From Clostridia bacterium (GTDB lineage: Bacteria > Bacillota > Clostridia > JAAYHZ01): a DNA stretch of 64,000 nucleotides. The notes beneath the pieces were generated by a model. That model saw only the letters and a program-made list of their open reading frames with translations, had not been told where the DNA came from and ran no database searches. The position numbers were made by a program, and so were the translations under genes. Shown here in pieces: positions 21,401 to 29,597 of this stretch. Positions within the stretch are counted from its first letter, which is position 1, and each line of letters begins with the position of its first letter. Where the stretch lies: the NCBI GenBank assembly GCA_050950825.1, contig JBMNIH010000004.1, forward strand, positions 288,001 through 352,000. The letters are read 5' to 3'.

Positions 21401-22581
21401 GCCAGATGAGTGCATACATTGATAATCTGGCGGTAGGCGGCGGTAAATTTGTGGGCGGTATCAAGGGTGAGATGAATGTCACCGGCCTGTGTAAAATCAA
21501 AAACCTGTATTTCGGCTTTGAGTCCGGACCATCAGTCAGGGCAGAGGGTGACCTGTACCTGCCGCTCAGCATAAGGTCCATCGTTGAGGGACAGCCTGAT
21601 AAATTCATGGGCAAGGCATCCATCTGTTACCGACACCAGGATCGCTACCTCTCTTTCAGCATGACCCTTGAAAGAATAAATGTAGTTTTGGCCGAACTCG
21701 GCGGAAGTCTGGGCTTTGAATACAGCCCCAGCCTGTTTGGGGTTTACCTTGGCTATCCCGAGACGCTTGCAGGCAATATTGGCATATTCCATGTCGGAGC
21801 CGGAGTAGGATTCCGTTACGATTGGGATGAGGAAGCAGGCATGATTCAGGCCAAGATTGAATTCGGCCTTGAAAAGAACCTGAATATTGCTATTGTTTAT
21901 CTCAGAGGCTATCTCTATGCAGGTGCCGATGGGGCATATTACTGGAGCCATGACGGCAGCAGTATTACGCTGACGCTCTATCTGAAGGGAGGCATTGAAG
22001 GCGGTGTCAAGATCGGAGGTAAACGGTTCAAGGTTATAGGCTTTTATCTGGATGCCCAGGGTACTTTGGTATCAAGTCCGGGATTTGACAAATGGAATCT
22101 CGCATGTTCTGCAACCGTTGCTTACAGCGTCGATGTATTCCTGTTCGAGGTCGAAGGCTCGGTCACTGCCGATTTCGCAACTACAATAGGCTGACGCCAG
22201 GCGTATCGATATTGCAGACTGTCTGTTCAGATGTGTAATGAAGAACTATTGTACGATAACGGAAACAAAAGCTTCATTTGCGAAGTATATATAATTTCCT
22301 AATATTGTACAGTAGTTTTTCACATGTATAGTACTGCTCATGTGGATTCATAACGCTCATTTCCTAATATAACCTTATTTTGAATGAGTTTTTACTCTTT
22401 ATTATATCTGATATACTAGCCAAACCCTCAATTTTTCAGTATAGGAAGCGCAGGAAGTCCACCCGGTACAGCGTATAATTTTCCGAACGATGATTTCCAG
22501 TCTTTTTATCCAGGGATTGAGTAACGGTTGCAATGCAATATTTTTTTGACTCCCCTTAACAAAAAAATCCGGGTAAATTTT

Positions 22582-22732
22582 ACAAGTAAAGGCTTACGGG
22601 GATTCTACCTGTTATCAGGAAAATGCATATGTTGGTATTCAAAAATGAATTGACGTATAAATTCGTCAATTTGGGTGGTACCGCAGAAGCTATGGCTTTT
22701 GTCCCATATTTTGATGGGATGAAGGCTTTTTT
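22582..22732 (+). promoter_or_regulatory. T-box riboswitch, 3' half only (stem I/specifier missing)
   Basis: AGTA box, CCTGTTATCAGG stem IIA/B, stem III TTGACG..CGTCAA, T-box AATTTGGGTGGTACCGCAG (22668-22686), antiterminator partner GTCCCA, terminator hairpin plus T6. Confidence 0.8.
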
Positions 22733-22784
22733 ATACATTTTTTTGTTATACCGAAAACGCCAAAGGTGAGTGACATTAGTACAT

Positions 22785-24220
22785 CGCCGGCGTATGATAG
22801 CCGAAATGGACGAAGGCCGAATCGGCACGATTATTGTAAAAGACATGTCGAGGCCGGGGCGAGATTATCTGAAGGTCGGCTATTACACCGAAGTCGCATT
22901 CCCCGATGCCGATGTGCGCTTCATTGCCGTCAACAACGGCGTGGACAGCGCAAACCAGCAGAAAAGTGATTTTACTCCTTTTTTGAACATCATAAACGAA
23001 TGGTATGCTAAGGATACGAGCAAGAAAATACGCGCTGTGTTTAAAGCTAAGGGAGAGTCCGGTAAGCCACTCTGCACCAATCCGCCCTACGGATACATAA
23101 AAGACCCGGAGGACAAAATGCGCTGGATAGTGGACGAAAAAGCCGCTGAGGTGGTCAGGGTGTTTTTCAAAATGTATATGGAGGGCTTCGGACCCACGCA
23201 GATAGCGAAAACCTTGAGAAGAATCAAATTGAAACACCGACGGTTCACCTGAACAGTATGGGCATTAAGACTCCCGCCAAGCAGACGGAAACGCCTTATG
23301 CATGGTCAGCGCGTACGGTAGCAGACATTCTCGCAAAAGTCGAGTATCCGGGACACACGGTGAATTTCAAGACTCGCAAAAAATCTTACAAGAGCAAGGA
23401 GAAGATTTGGAACAATCCCGAAGACTGGATGGTGTTTGAAAACACACATGAAGCCATCATCGACGAACATGTCTGGGAAACCGTCCGGAAAATACGAGAT
23501 GGTAAACGCAGACCATCTCGCATGGGTGAAATGGGTGTATTCTCCGGCATGATGTTCTGTGCGGACTGCGGGGCGAAGCTGTATCAGGTCAGAGCCAATG
23601 GCCGGACGCATGACAAGGAATACTTCGTCTGTGCTACCTATCGCAAAAAGAAGGGTCTGTGCAGTTCGCACCAAATACGCAATGTGATAATTGAGGAACC
23701 GGTACTTGATTATTTGCAGCAGATCATAACCTTTGTGAAGGAACACGAGCGAGATTTCATCACAGCCGCCATGAAAAGTTCAGAAAGGCGGATTACTGAA
23801 GACCTGCGCATGGCACAGAAGGAATATGAGCAGGGACAGGTGAGAATTTCCACACCGGATAAAATCCTGAGGAAACTGTATGAAGACCGTGTAATGGAGA
23901 GAATTTCGGAGGAACGTTACTATAAAATATCATCGGACTATGAAGCCGAACAGAGAAGCCTCGTGGAGAGAGCCACGGTATTGAAACAGACGCTAGATGC
24001 CGCAAAGGAGGAGAATCTGAACATCGACCGTTTTCTCAAAATCGTACGCAAGTACACGGAAATTACAGAGTTAAGTGCTGAAATTATTCGGGACTTCATC
24101 GAGAAGATAATCGTGTATAAGGCTGAAAAGGTAGATGGTGTTCGAACCCCGCGAATTCGAATCATTTACAATTGCATCGGAGCAATAGATTTTCCGAAAA
24201 TGGACGAAAAAACGGCATAG
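22785..24220 (+). pseudogene. Large serine recombinase (TnpX/TndX-like; recombinase, zinc ribbon, DUF4368-like C-terminus), 5'-truncated and frameshifted
   Basis: IVKDMSR.GRDY, PPYGY.KDP, ENTHEAII, CADCG..YFVC..C.SH, IEKI.V...IRIIYNCIG. The catalytic Y.R.S N-terminus is absent; frameshift near 23212 (the other frame restores EKNQIETPTVHLNSMG). Confidence 0.88.
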
Positions 24221-24267
24221 CCGCTATTCACGACTATGCCGGAACTTTTCAGGGATATAAAATCCCT
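24213..24267. repeat. Two inverted repeats at the probable right end of the element
   Basis: CGGCATAGCCG-7-CGACTATGCCG overlapping the recombinase stop, then AGGGAT-5-ATCCCT. Confidence 0.55.
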
Positions 24268-24285
24268 ATGTGAGGACAGCTTTCC

Positions 24286-25545
24286 ATGTCTTTTTATCTT
24301 TCCTCGCTTAACGGTCTTGAAAAAGAAATCATTCGGGAGCTTGAAAAGCTCTACATTTACGATTGTCACGAGCATCTGCCGCCGGAAAAAGGGCGCCTTA
24401 AACAAAAGCCCGACGCCTTTACGCTGTTTTCCCACTACTGCCAACACGAGCTCTACACCGGAGGAATGGACAAAGAAATCATGGCCAAAATCCTTTGGCA
24501 GCCGGGCGATATCGATTGGAAGTGGAAAACCTTCGAACCTTTTTACAAGCAAATGAAGCACACGAGCTATTGCCGAGCGGCTCATATCACCATGGAAAAG
24601 TACTACGGCGAAAAAGAGCTGACCGCGAAAAACGTACATGCCGTCAGTGAACGTATACAAAAAGCCAATACGCAAGGTCTTTACGACTGCGTACTTCGAG
24701 AAGACTGCAAAATCATCGCTTCCATTAACTGCGACGGTCCCTTAGACGATACCCATTCGGGATTGATTCGCCAAACCGTAAGAGCCATCGACTATATTTA
24801 CTCCTACAAGGACGTTTTGAAAAAGTTTGGCGACGGCGAAACGTCTATCGATTCCGTGGACGATATATTAAAAGCGTGCGAAGGCTACATCGTAAATGTC
24901 AAAGAAAAAGGTGCCGTCGGCGTTAAATACATGTCCTTCTACATCGATGGGGCGACAAGAGAAGATGCGCAAAACACCCTTAAAAGGCTTAAGAACGATC
25001 CTTCTTTGGTTTTACCTCGAAGAAATCCTTTGAATGAATTCGTTTTGACGTCCCGGCTTCGCATGACGCATGATAAGGGTCTTGTCAACTGCATGCATAC
25101 CGGCTATCGGAACGATTATCGGGAGCTTTCTCCCGCCAATCTACTCCCCTTTATCATGAAAAACCAAGACGTGAAAATCGACATCTACCACGCAGGCTAC
25201 CCTTACGTAAGAGAAGCCATTATGCTAGGCAAGGTTTGGCCGAATATTCGAATGAATATGTGCCGGACCTACTTGATCAGCCAACGATTTGCATTCGACG
25301 CTTTGGACGAAATGCTCGAAATGCTGCCGGATAACAAGATCATCGGTTTCGGCGGTGACTATTATGTCGTGGAAAAGGTATTCGGGCATCTTGTTATGGC
25401 CAGAGAAACCATTGCTCGCGTTCTTGCGAAGAAAATACAAGACGGGTACTTGTCTTTAGATAGAGCCTTGGAAATCGGAAGAAAAATGCTGTACGACAAT
25501 CCGAAGGAATTTTACGGATTCAAAGACGTGGGTTTCAACGTGTAA
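24286..25545 (+). CDS. Amidohydrolase-superfamily protein (uronate isomerase-like), possibly decaying
   Basis: DCHEH metal motif, MHTG, YHAGYPY, KIIGFGGDY; two Arg at positions expected to be Trp (GYRND, NMCRT). Confidence 0.7.
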   Translation: MSFYLSSLNGLEKEIIRELEKLYIYDCHEHLPPEKGRLKQKPDAFTLFSHYCQHELYTGGMDKEIMAKILWQPGDIDWKWKTFEPFYKQMKHTSYCRAAHITMEKYYGEKELTAKNVHAVSERIQKANTQGLYDCVLREDCKIIASINCDGPLDDTHSGLIRQTVRAIDYIYSYKDVLKKFGDGETSIDSVDDILKACEGYIVNVKEKGAVGVKYMSFYIDGATREDAQNTLKRLKNDPSLVLPRRNPLNEFVLTSRLRMTHDKGLVNCMHTGYRNDYRELSPANLLPFIMKNQDVKIDIYHAGYPYVREAIMLGKVWPNIRMNMCRTYLISQRFAFDALDEMLEMLPDNKIIGFGGDYYVVEKVFGHLVMARETIARVLAKKIQDGYLSLDRALEIGRKMLYDNPKEFYGFKDVGFNV

Positions 25546-25596
25546 ATCCTTTTCTTGTGATATAATTTGTTCAAATGAAAAGAACGGAGAGATACA

Positions 25597-26430
25597 ATGA
25601 GCAAAGCGGATCGAATCTTCATTGATATGTGTCAAGATATTTTAGAAAACGGGTACAGCTCCATAGGGGAGAAGGTGCGCCCCGTATGGACGGACACCGG
25701 GGAGCCGGCCCATACCCTAAAAAAGTTCGGCGTTGTGAATCGCTATGATTTATCCGAAGAATTCCCGATTCTGACTTTACGTCCTACTCGATTGGACAAG
25801 GCCGTAGACGAGCTTCTGTGGATCTGGCAGAAAAAATCCAATAACGTGAAGGATTTAAACAGCCGGATATGGGATGCGTGGGCGGATGAAAACGGATCCA
25901 TCGGAAAAGCATACGGATACCAATTGGGTATCAAGCACAAGTACAAGGAAGGGGAATTCGACCAAGTGGACCGGGTTCTTTACGATTTGAAGCACAATAA
26001 ATACAGCAGAAGAATCATTGTAAACATGTACAATCATGCGGACCTTCATGAAATGAACCTTTATCCTTGCGCATACTCCGTCACCTTTAACGTGACGGGA
26101 AATCGCTTAAACGCCATTTTGAACCAGCGGTCGCAAGACATCTTGGTAGCGAACAACTGGAATGTATGCCAGTATGCCGTATTGGTCCACATGTTCGCCC
26201 AAGTCAGCGATCTTGAGCCGGGAGAATTGGTTCATGTAATTGCCGATGCCCATATTTACGATCGGCATATCCCCATCATCGAAGAATTGATCAAGCGTCC
26301 CGTTTACGATGCGCCTCGGTTTGAGATCAACAAGGATATCAAGGATTTTTATCAATTCAAGCCGGAGGATTTTAAATTGATTGACTACAAAGCCGGTGTT
26401 CAAATTAAAAACATTCCGGTAGCGGTATAG
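25597..26430 (+). CDS. thyA: Thymidylate synthase
   Basis: ELLWIW, IWDAWADE.GSIGKAYG, SRR, LYPC, NQRSQD, HIYDRH, C-terminal PVAV; extended -10 TGATATAAT upstream. Confidence 0.96.
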   Translation: MSKADRIFIDMCQDILENGYSSIGEKVRPVWTDTGEPAHTLKKFGVVNRYDLSEEFPILTLRPTRLDKAVDELLWIWQKKSNNVKDLNSRIWDAWADENGSIGKAYGYQLGIKHKYKEGEFDQVDRVLYDLKHNKYSRRIIVNMYNHADLHEMNLYPCAYSVTFNVTGNRLNAILNQRSQDILVANNWNVCQYAVLVHMFAQVSDLEPGELVHVIADAHIYDRHIPIIEELIKRPVYDAPRFEINKDIKDFYQFKPEDFKLIDYKAGVQIKNIPVAV

Positions 26431-26446
26431 GCAAAGGAGGTATGAA

Positions 26447-28969
26447 ATGGGCGACCTTTTTGTAACAAGCGATCGGAAGGCATTGGACTACCCTTATTTC
26501 CCCGATAAATTCATCGCCGTCATATGGCGAAATTGGGAAACGGTGCCCGTTGAAAACATTGCCAAGGCCTTGGATACTACGGTTGGTAATATCGTGGAAA
26601 CGGCAGGTCTCATGGGATTGGATACCAAGGCTTCTCCGAATCCTTCTTTTTTGAAAAGAGGGTATCTTACCGTCATTCGCAGGAACTGGCACCTTTTGGA
26701 TTACGATCAAATCTGCACCCTTTTGGATATAACAAAAGACGAATTGTTTTTTATTTTAAAAGAAGACGATTTTATGTGGCATAAAATGGGCAACATGAAA
26801 CCGAATACCGGTCATACGGTTTATCGGCCGCTGACGGAAGAAGAAAAGGTAATTTTACGAAAAAACGCATACGTATTGGCCGAAATTCACGGGGAGCGGT
26901 ATAAGGAAAATGCGTTTTCCTTTTTAGAGCCCTATTACGCCTATGACATGACTCCCATTGAAAAAGGCGACGGGAAGGGATTTGAAATTGTTTTGCCGGA
27001 TACCGTCGGATATATTTACCCCGAAGACAATCCTTGGATCGACCTTTATGTGAAGGACTTTTGCCGCTTGATGGAAAAGAGAATGGGAATCAAGGCGAAG
27101 CTTCACGAAAGTGCAGACTTTACCGTACATATTGCAATAAAGGACTTCGCTTCAAAAAAGAGCGGAAGTTATCGAATGGATATTTCCTCGTCCTCGATAC
27201 GAATCGAGTGCAAGGATGAAAAAGCCGTTTATCGGGCATTATTGGAGCTTGACAAGAAATTTCGTTCCGGTAAGGGGCCTTACCTTCATCCGGAAACAAT
27301 CGAAAAGAATACGGTATTTGATATTCGGTACATCTATTCCTACTTCGCCCTCTACGGCGATGCTCTTTTAGATCCTTCGTTGGATCCTTACCCGGAAGGA
27401 CTTTTGCGAAGGCTTTCCGAATGCGGTGTAAACGGCATATGGATGCAGGGTATTTTGTATCAATTGACGCCTTTTCCCTTTGAGCCTTCTCTTTCAAAGG
27501 GCTATGAAAAAAGAAGGGAATCCCTAAAGCGCTTGGTGGAAAAGGCGAAGCGGTTCGGCATCGACATTTATATGTACTTTAACGAACCGAGAGCCATGAG
27601 CGATGCTTTTTACCGAAAATATCCCGAGCTGCGGGGAACGAGAGAAGGAGACTTTTATGCCCTTTGTACCTCCGATGACAGGGTAAAAGAATATTTGTAT
27701 AGCGGAATGAAGGATCTTTTTTCCGATATTCCGGATTTGGCCGGGTTCTTTACCATAACCATGTCGGAAAATCTGACCAACTGTTATTCTCGTTTGGGAC
27801 GGCGTGAGCAAGAATGTCCCCGCTGCAAGCTAAGAAAACCGGAAGAGGTTGTTGCGGAAGTAAACAATTTAATGGCGCGGGGCGCCAAAGCGGGAAATCC
27901 CGATGCAAAAGCCATAGCATGGACTTGGGGATGGAACCCTTCTTGGACGGAAAACGTCATTCGGTCGTTGGATGAAGGCATTATGCTGATGTGCGTCAAT
28001 GAAGAGGGAATGGAATTGGATATCGCAGGGTATCATCCGGTCGTTATCGACTATACCATGACGGTACCGGGTCCTTCCCAAAGAGCGATAAACAATTGGA
28101 CGATCGCCAAGCAAACCGGCAGAAAAACGCTGTCAAAGGTACAGCTGAACTGTACGTGGGAGCTTTCCGCACTGCCCTTTTTACCTTTAGCCCAAATATG
28201 CGATGAAAGAATTCGAAACATCAAAAAACAAGGCGTGGAAGGCTTGATGCTCAGTTGGACATTAGGCGGATGCGACTCCCAAAACCTTGATATCGCCTCT
28301 CTTTATTACGAGGAACCGACGGAAGAAAATCCTTTGGAAAGGTATATGGAAAAAACTTACGAGAATACCGCCCAAAGAGTGATGAAAGCACAAGAAATCT
28401 TTAGCGAAGCCATGAGGATGTTTCCTTTCCATTTAACCGTTTTGTACACCGCTCCGCAGAATTATGCACCGGCGGCGCCTTTTTATGAATACAAAACCGG
28501 ATATACCGCCAGTATGATCGGTTTTCCTCATGACGATTTACAAACATGGAAAGCCATCTACAGTGAAGAGGATTTTCAAAAGCAATTTCATAAGCTGGTA
28601 TCGAAATGGAAAGAGGGAGTGAATCTTTTGGAAGAGGCAACGGAAGTTCGCAACTCCAAGTTCGCCGAGCTGCTGCGTATGGCCAAAGGCGCTTATTACC
28701 ATTTCAAAAGCACTTTGAATCATATTCGGTTTGTTATGGAGAGAAATAAATTGCTTTCGGATACCTTAACAATGGAAGAACAGATCCAAGCGAAAAAGAC
28801 GATTCGGTCGATTTTAGATGACGAAACCGAAACGGTTTTGAATGTATTAAAAATCCGTTCGGAGGATTCGAGAATCGGGTTTGAAGCAAGCAACCACTAC
28901 TTCTATACGGTACAGGATTTGAAAGAAAAAATCATCAATTTGCACTACTTGAAAGAATATTATGCATAA
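26447..28969 (+). CDS. Uncharacterised 840 aa glycoside-hydrolase-like protein (GH20 domain-2-like region plus TIM barrel)
   Basis: SYRMDIS...IRIEC.DEKAVYRAL (GH20b-like), YGDALLD...PEGLLRRL..GVNGIW, FNEP, ITMSENLTNC; strong AGGAGG RBS. Confidence 0.6.
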   Translation: MGDLFVTSDRKALDYPYFPDKFIAVIWRNWETVPVENIAKALDTTVGNIVETAGLMGLDTKASPNPSFLKRGYLTVIRRNWHLLDYDQICTLLDITKDELFFILKEDDFMWHKMGNMKPNTGHTVYRPLTEEEKVILRKNAYVLAEIHGERYKENAFSFLEPYYAYDMTPIEKGDGKGFEIVLPDTVGYIYPEDNPWIDLYVKDFCRLMEKRMGIKAKLHESADFTVHIAIKDFASKKSGSYRMDISSSSIRIECKDEKAVYRALLELDKKFRSGKGPYLHPETIEKNTVFDIRYIYSYFALYGDALLDPSLDPYPEGLLRRLSECGVNGIWMQGILYQLTPFPFEPSLSKGYEKRRESLKRLVEKAKRFGIDIYMYFNEPRAMSDAFYRKYPELRGTREGDFYALCTSDDRVKEYLYSGMKDLFSDIPDLAGFFTITMSENLTNCYSRLGRREQECPRCKLRKPEEVVAEVNNLMARGAKAGNPDAKAIAWTWGWNPSWTENVIRSLDEGIMLMCVNEEGMELDIAGYHPVVIDYTMTVPGPSQRAINNWTIAKQTGRKTLSKVQLNCTWELSALPFLPLAQICDERIRNIKKQGVEGLMLSWTLGGCDSQNLDIASLYYEEPTEENPLERYMEKTYENTAQRVMKAQEIFSEAMRMFPFHLTVLYTAPQNYAPAAPFYEYKTGYTASMIGFPHDDLQTWKAIYSEEDFQKQFHKLVSKWKEGVNLLEEATEVRNSKFAELLRMAKGAYYHFKSTLNHIRFVMERNKLLSDTLTMEEQIQAKKTIRSILDDETETVLNVLKIRSEDSRIGFEASNHYFYTVQDLKEKIINLHYLKEYYA

Positions 28970-28974
28970 CGGAT

Positions 28975-29003
28975 AAAAGGACACAAGACTTAGTCTTGTG
29001 TCC
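28975..29003 (-). terminator. Intrinsic terminator with the U-tract on the minus strand
   Basis: GGACACAAGAC-TTA-GTCTTGTGTCC perfect 11 bp stem with AAAA on its left side. Confidence 0.8.
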
Positions 29004-29011
29004 TATATGAT

Positions 29012-29250
29012 CATCGATGATATGGAGTCAAGCGCCTAAAAAATGTTAAAACATTCTTCTTCTGCAACGGTGCAGTATTCGGTTATCCGCAAGATCTGTC
29101 AAACATTCGAGATGCTTGCAGGTTTTCCGGCCGTATCACTACAACCTGAATGCCCGTATTTCCATACAGACACTTGCATCAATCGAATCGGCTCGATAAC
29201 GGTTCTAATTATTGATTAGCCTTTTATCGTTGACTGTATCACCGATGTAC
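29012..29250 (-). ncRNA. Structured ncRNA with a Clostridiales-1-like core
   Basis: Minus strand core GAUGC-AAGUGUCUGUAU GGAA AUACGGGCAUU-CAGGUU..AACCUG-CAA-GCAUC; 5' and 3' ends pair (CAUCGGUGAUA/UAUCAUCGAUG); own promoter and terminator; no ORF of 60 aa or more. Family assignment is from recall. Confidence 0.65.
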
Positions 29251-29255
29251 ACTTT

Positions 29256-29284
29256 TATTATGTGTCGAATTTTCGATATTATTC
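29256..29284 (-). promoter_or_regulatory. Putative sigma-G (or sigma-E) promoter of the ncRNA
   Basis: Minus strand GAATA-17 nt-CATAATA; same boxes as the spoVA promoter at 8043-8072. Confidence 0.6.
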
Positions 29285-29335
29285 ATTGTCGAAACAAAAA
29301 AAGATTGTTTTATTTGACATAATCGAAGAAGACAT

Positions 29336-29377
29336 AAAAAAAGACCGGTTAATAATTTTCGATACCGGTCTTCTTTT
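29336..29377 (-). terminator. Terminator after the tRNA
   Basis: AAGACCGGT...ACCGGTCTT stem flanked by A and T runs. Confidence 0.7.
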
Positions 29378-29454
29378 TGGTGCGCCCAAAGGGATTCGAA
29401 CCCCCGACCCAAGGTTTAGGAAACCTTTGCTCTATCCTTCTGAGCTATGAGCGC
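29378..29454 (-). tRNA. tRNA-Arg (anticodon CCT)
   Basis: GCGCTCA TA GCTC AGAAGGATA GAGC A AAGGT TT-CCT-AA ACCTT GGGTC GGGGG TTCGAAT CCCTT TGGGCGC A CCA; 77 nt cloverleaf with encoded CCA. Confidence 0.97.
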
Positions 29455-29472
29455 ATATCAAGGACAGAAGTA

Positions 29473-29501
29473 ATATTACTATGAAAAGACCTTTTTGTCA
29501 A
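29473..29501 (-). promoter_or_regulatory. sigma-A promoter of tRNA-Arg
   Basis: Minus strand TTGACA-17 nt-TAATAT. Confidence 0.75.
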
Positions 29502-29597
29502 ATGTTTATGGCACGATATAACAAAGAGGTAGGGTATGGAAAGTAACAAAAAAGGCATCATGCCCATAGGACATCATGCCTTTTGTATTCCGATTTT

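Larger units (their letters stand above)
12900..22194 (+). pseudogene. Giant (~3100 aa) membrane-anchored FnIII/Ig-like/beta-rich surface protein split by one frameshift at ~16288-16305
   Basis: ORFs 12900-16337 and 16249-22194 overlap in different frames. N-terminal TM, many FnIII motifs (LRW..GYHIER, YRIYSIDVFGRSSE, YKYWVSAWDKWNNES, YYYYKITSVSPWGVES), 3 Ig-like domains, long beta-strand C-terminus. Could be an intact gene with a sequencing error. Confidence 0.75.
10259..24270. mobile_element. Decayed mosaic genomic island / integrative element remnant (~14 kb)
   Basis: Bounded by an abrupt addA fragment on the left and the 3' end of a serine recombinase with terminal hairpins on the right; contains pseudogenes; codon style looks different from the host genes. 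Exact att sites not identified. Confidence 0.7.

Noticed and set aside
22785-24220. Active recombinase able to excise the island
   Set aside because: The catalytic N-terminus is missing, the gene is frameshifted, and several helix-breaking prolines are present.
29262-29450. 62 aa ORF
   Set aside because: Antisense to tRNA-Arg and its terminator; a typical tRNA shadow ORF.
29378-29454. tRNA-Arg as the island integration site
   Set aside because: No duplicated tRNA 3' end was seen, the island lies about 5 kb away, and no tyrosine integrase is present.
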